From contig JAWXCN010000013.1 in NCBI GenBank assembly GCA_034408725.1, forward strand, positions 1 through 24,258: DNA of 24,258 nt. Reading direction: 5' to 3'. The DNA comes from Candidatus Hydrogenedentota bacterium. Lineage in GTDB: Bacteria; Hydrogenedentota; Hydrogenedentia; Hydrogenedentales; SLHB01. Of this stretch, positions 23,648 to 24,258 are shown piece after piece (position 1 is the first letter of the stretch; each line of letters opens with the position of its first letter). The notes beneath the pieces were generated by a model that was not told the origin of the DNA, searched no databases, and saw only the letters and a program-made list of their open reading frames with translations. The position numbers and the translations under genes were made by a program.

Positions 23648-24258
23648 ATGTTTCGCAACAGCAGCATACTTGTCCCCACAGATTTCTCGGAACAGGCCGA
23701 CCATGCGCGGACCTATGCTCTGGCGCTTGCGAAACAGTTCAACGGGACCTTGCACTTCGTACACGTCGTTGATGCGACAATGTTGGCTGGCGTTCGCGGC
23801 GACGATATGTCGCTTGGCGGAGCGGGCGCGGTCGAGTTGCTTCAGACAATGCGCGTCTATGGCGAACAGGGGCTCGCGCAACGCGCGGCGGAGGCCAAAG
23901 CGGAAGGCGTTTCGGCCGATCAGCATCTCGTTGTAGGAAACCCCACGCACGAAATCCTGAGATTGATTGAAGAGACGCAGTCCACGCTTGTGGTGCTGGC
24001 CACGCACGGACGATCCGGGTTCCAGCACTTCGTGTTCGGAAGCGTCGCCGAGCGCATCGTGCGCGAATCCCCGGTTCCCGTGCTTAGCGTAAAAGAGCCC
24101 ACCAGAAAGGATGGCGCGCTGGCGATACGCCGGGTACTCTTCCCCACGGATTTCTCGCCGTTCTCGGAAAAGGCGCGGCCCTTCGCGGAATCGCTCGCAC
24201 GCCAGTTCGGCGCAACGCTGGTGCTGTTCCATGCGACCGAAGTGCCGGTAATGTTGCC
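23648..24258 (+). CDS. Tandem-domain universal stress protein (UspA family), 3' end beyond the window
   Basis: Not in the ORF track. Manual translation gives MFRNSSILVPTDFSEQAD..HFVHVVD..GNPTHEI..VVLATHGRSGFQHFVFGSVAERIVRESPVPVLSV, then a second domain RRVLFPTDFS; RBS GAGGG. Confidence 0.93.
   Translation, partial: MFRNSSILVPTDFSEQADHARTYALALAKQFNGTLHFVHVVDATMLAGVRGDDMSLGGAGAVELLQTMRVYGEQGLAQRAAEAKAEGVSADQHLVVGNPTHEILRLIEETQSTLVVLATHGRSGFQHFVFGSVAERIVRESPVPVLSVKEPTRKDGALAIRRVLFPTDFSPFSEKARPFAESLARQFGATLVLFHATEVPVML

Noticed and set aside
23366-24232. 288-aa minus-strand ORF
   Set aside because: Shadow of the plus-strand universal stress protein starting at 23648.

Overview
GC-rich bacterial chromosomal window. 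The lineage is not determinable with certainty; the pilin type, CFI-box-like tail and repeat families are compatible with Hydrogenedentota or PVC-like environmental bacteria (inference). Gene order: rpsA, ilvB (no ilvN/ilvH partner), a reverse-strand type IV pilin-like gene with a sigma54 promoter, a secreted lysyl-endopeptidase-like protease with a CFI-box-CTERM-like tail, a sigma28-driven fliD-fliS pair, then an accessory-looking YtrA/GntR-regulated ABC locus. That locus has one ATPase, four highly diverged internally duplicated permease-like paralogues and an inserted AT-rich DoxX gene. Next come reverse-strand dsbD-like and yyaL/DUF255 genes, a repeat-dense intergenic region, class II fba, and a tandem universal stress protein truncated at the window end. 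The most notable unexplained signals are: (i) an ORF-free ~110-nt unit bounded by a near-consensus sigma54 promoter (with an IHF-like site) and a strong terminator, i.e. a candidate sRNA; (ii) a cassette-like permease array in which one gene is bracketed by two 178-bp direct copies of a REPIN-like element; (iii) sequence-variable but spacing-conserved triple C(A/G)C motifs at gene junctions; (iv) a nested MITE/REP composite. No CRISPR, tRNA, rRNA, transposase or integrase was seen.
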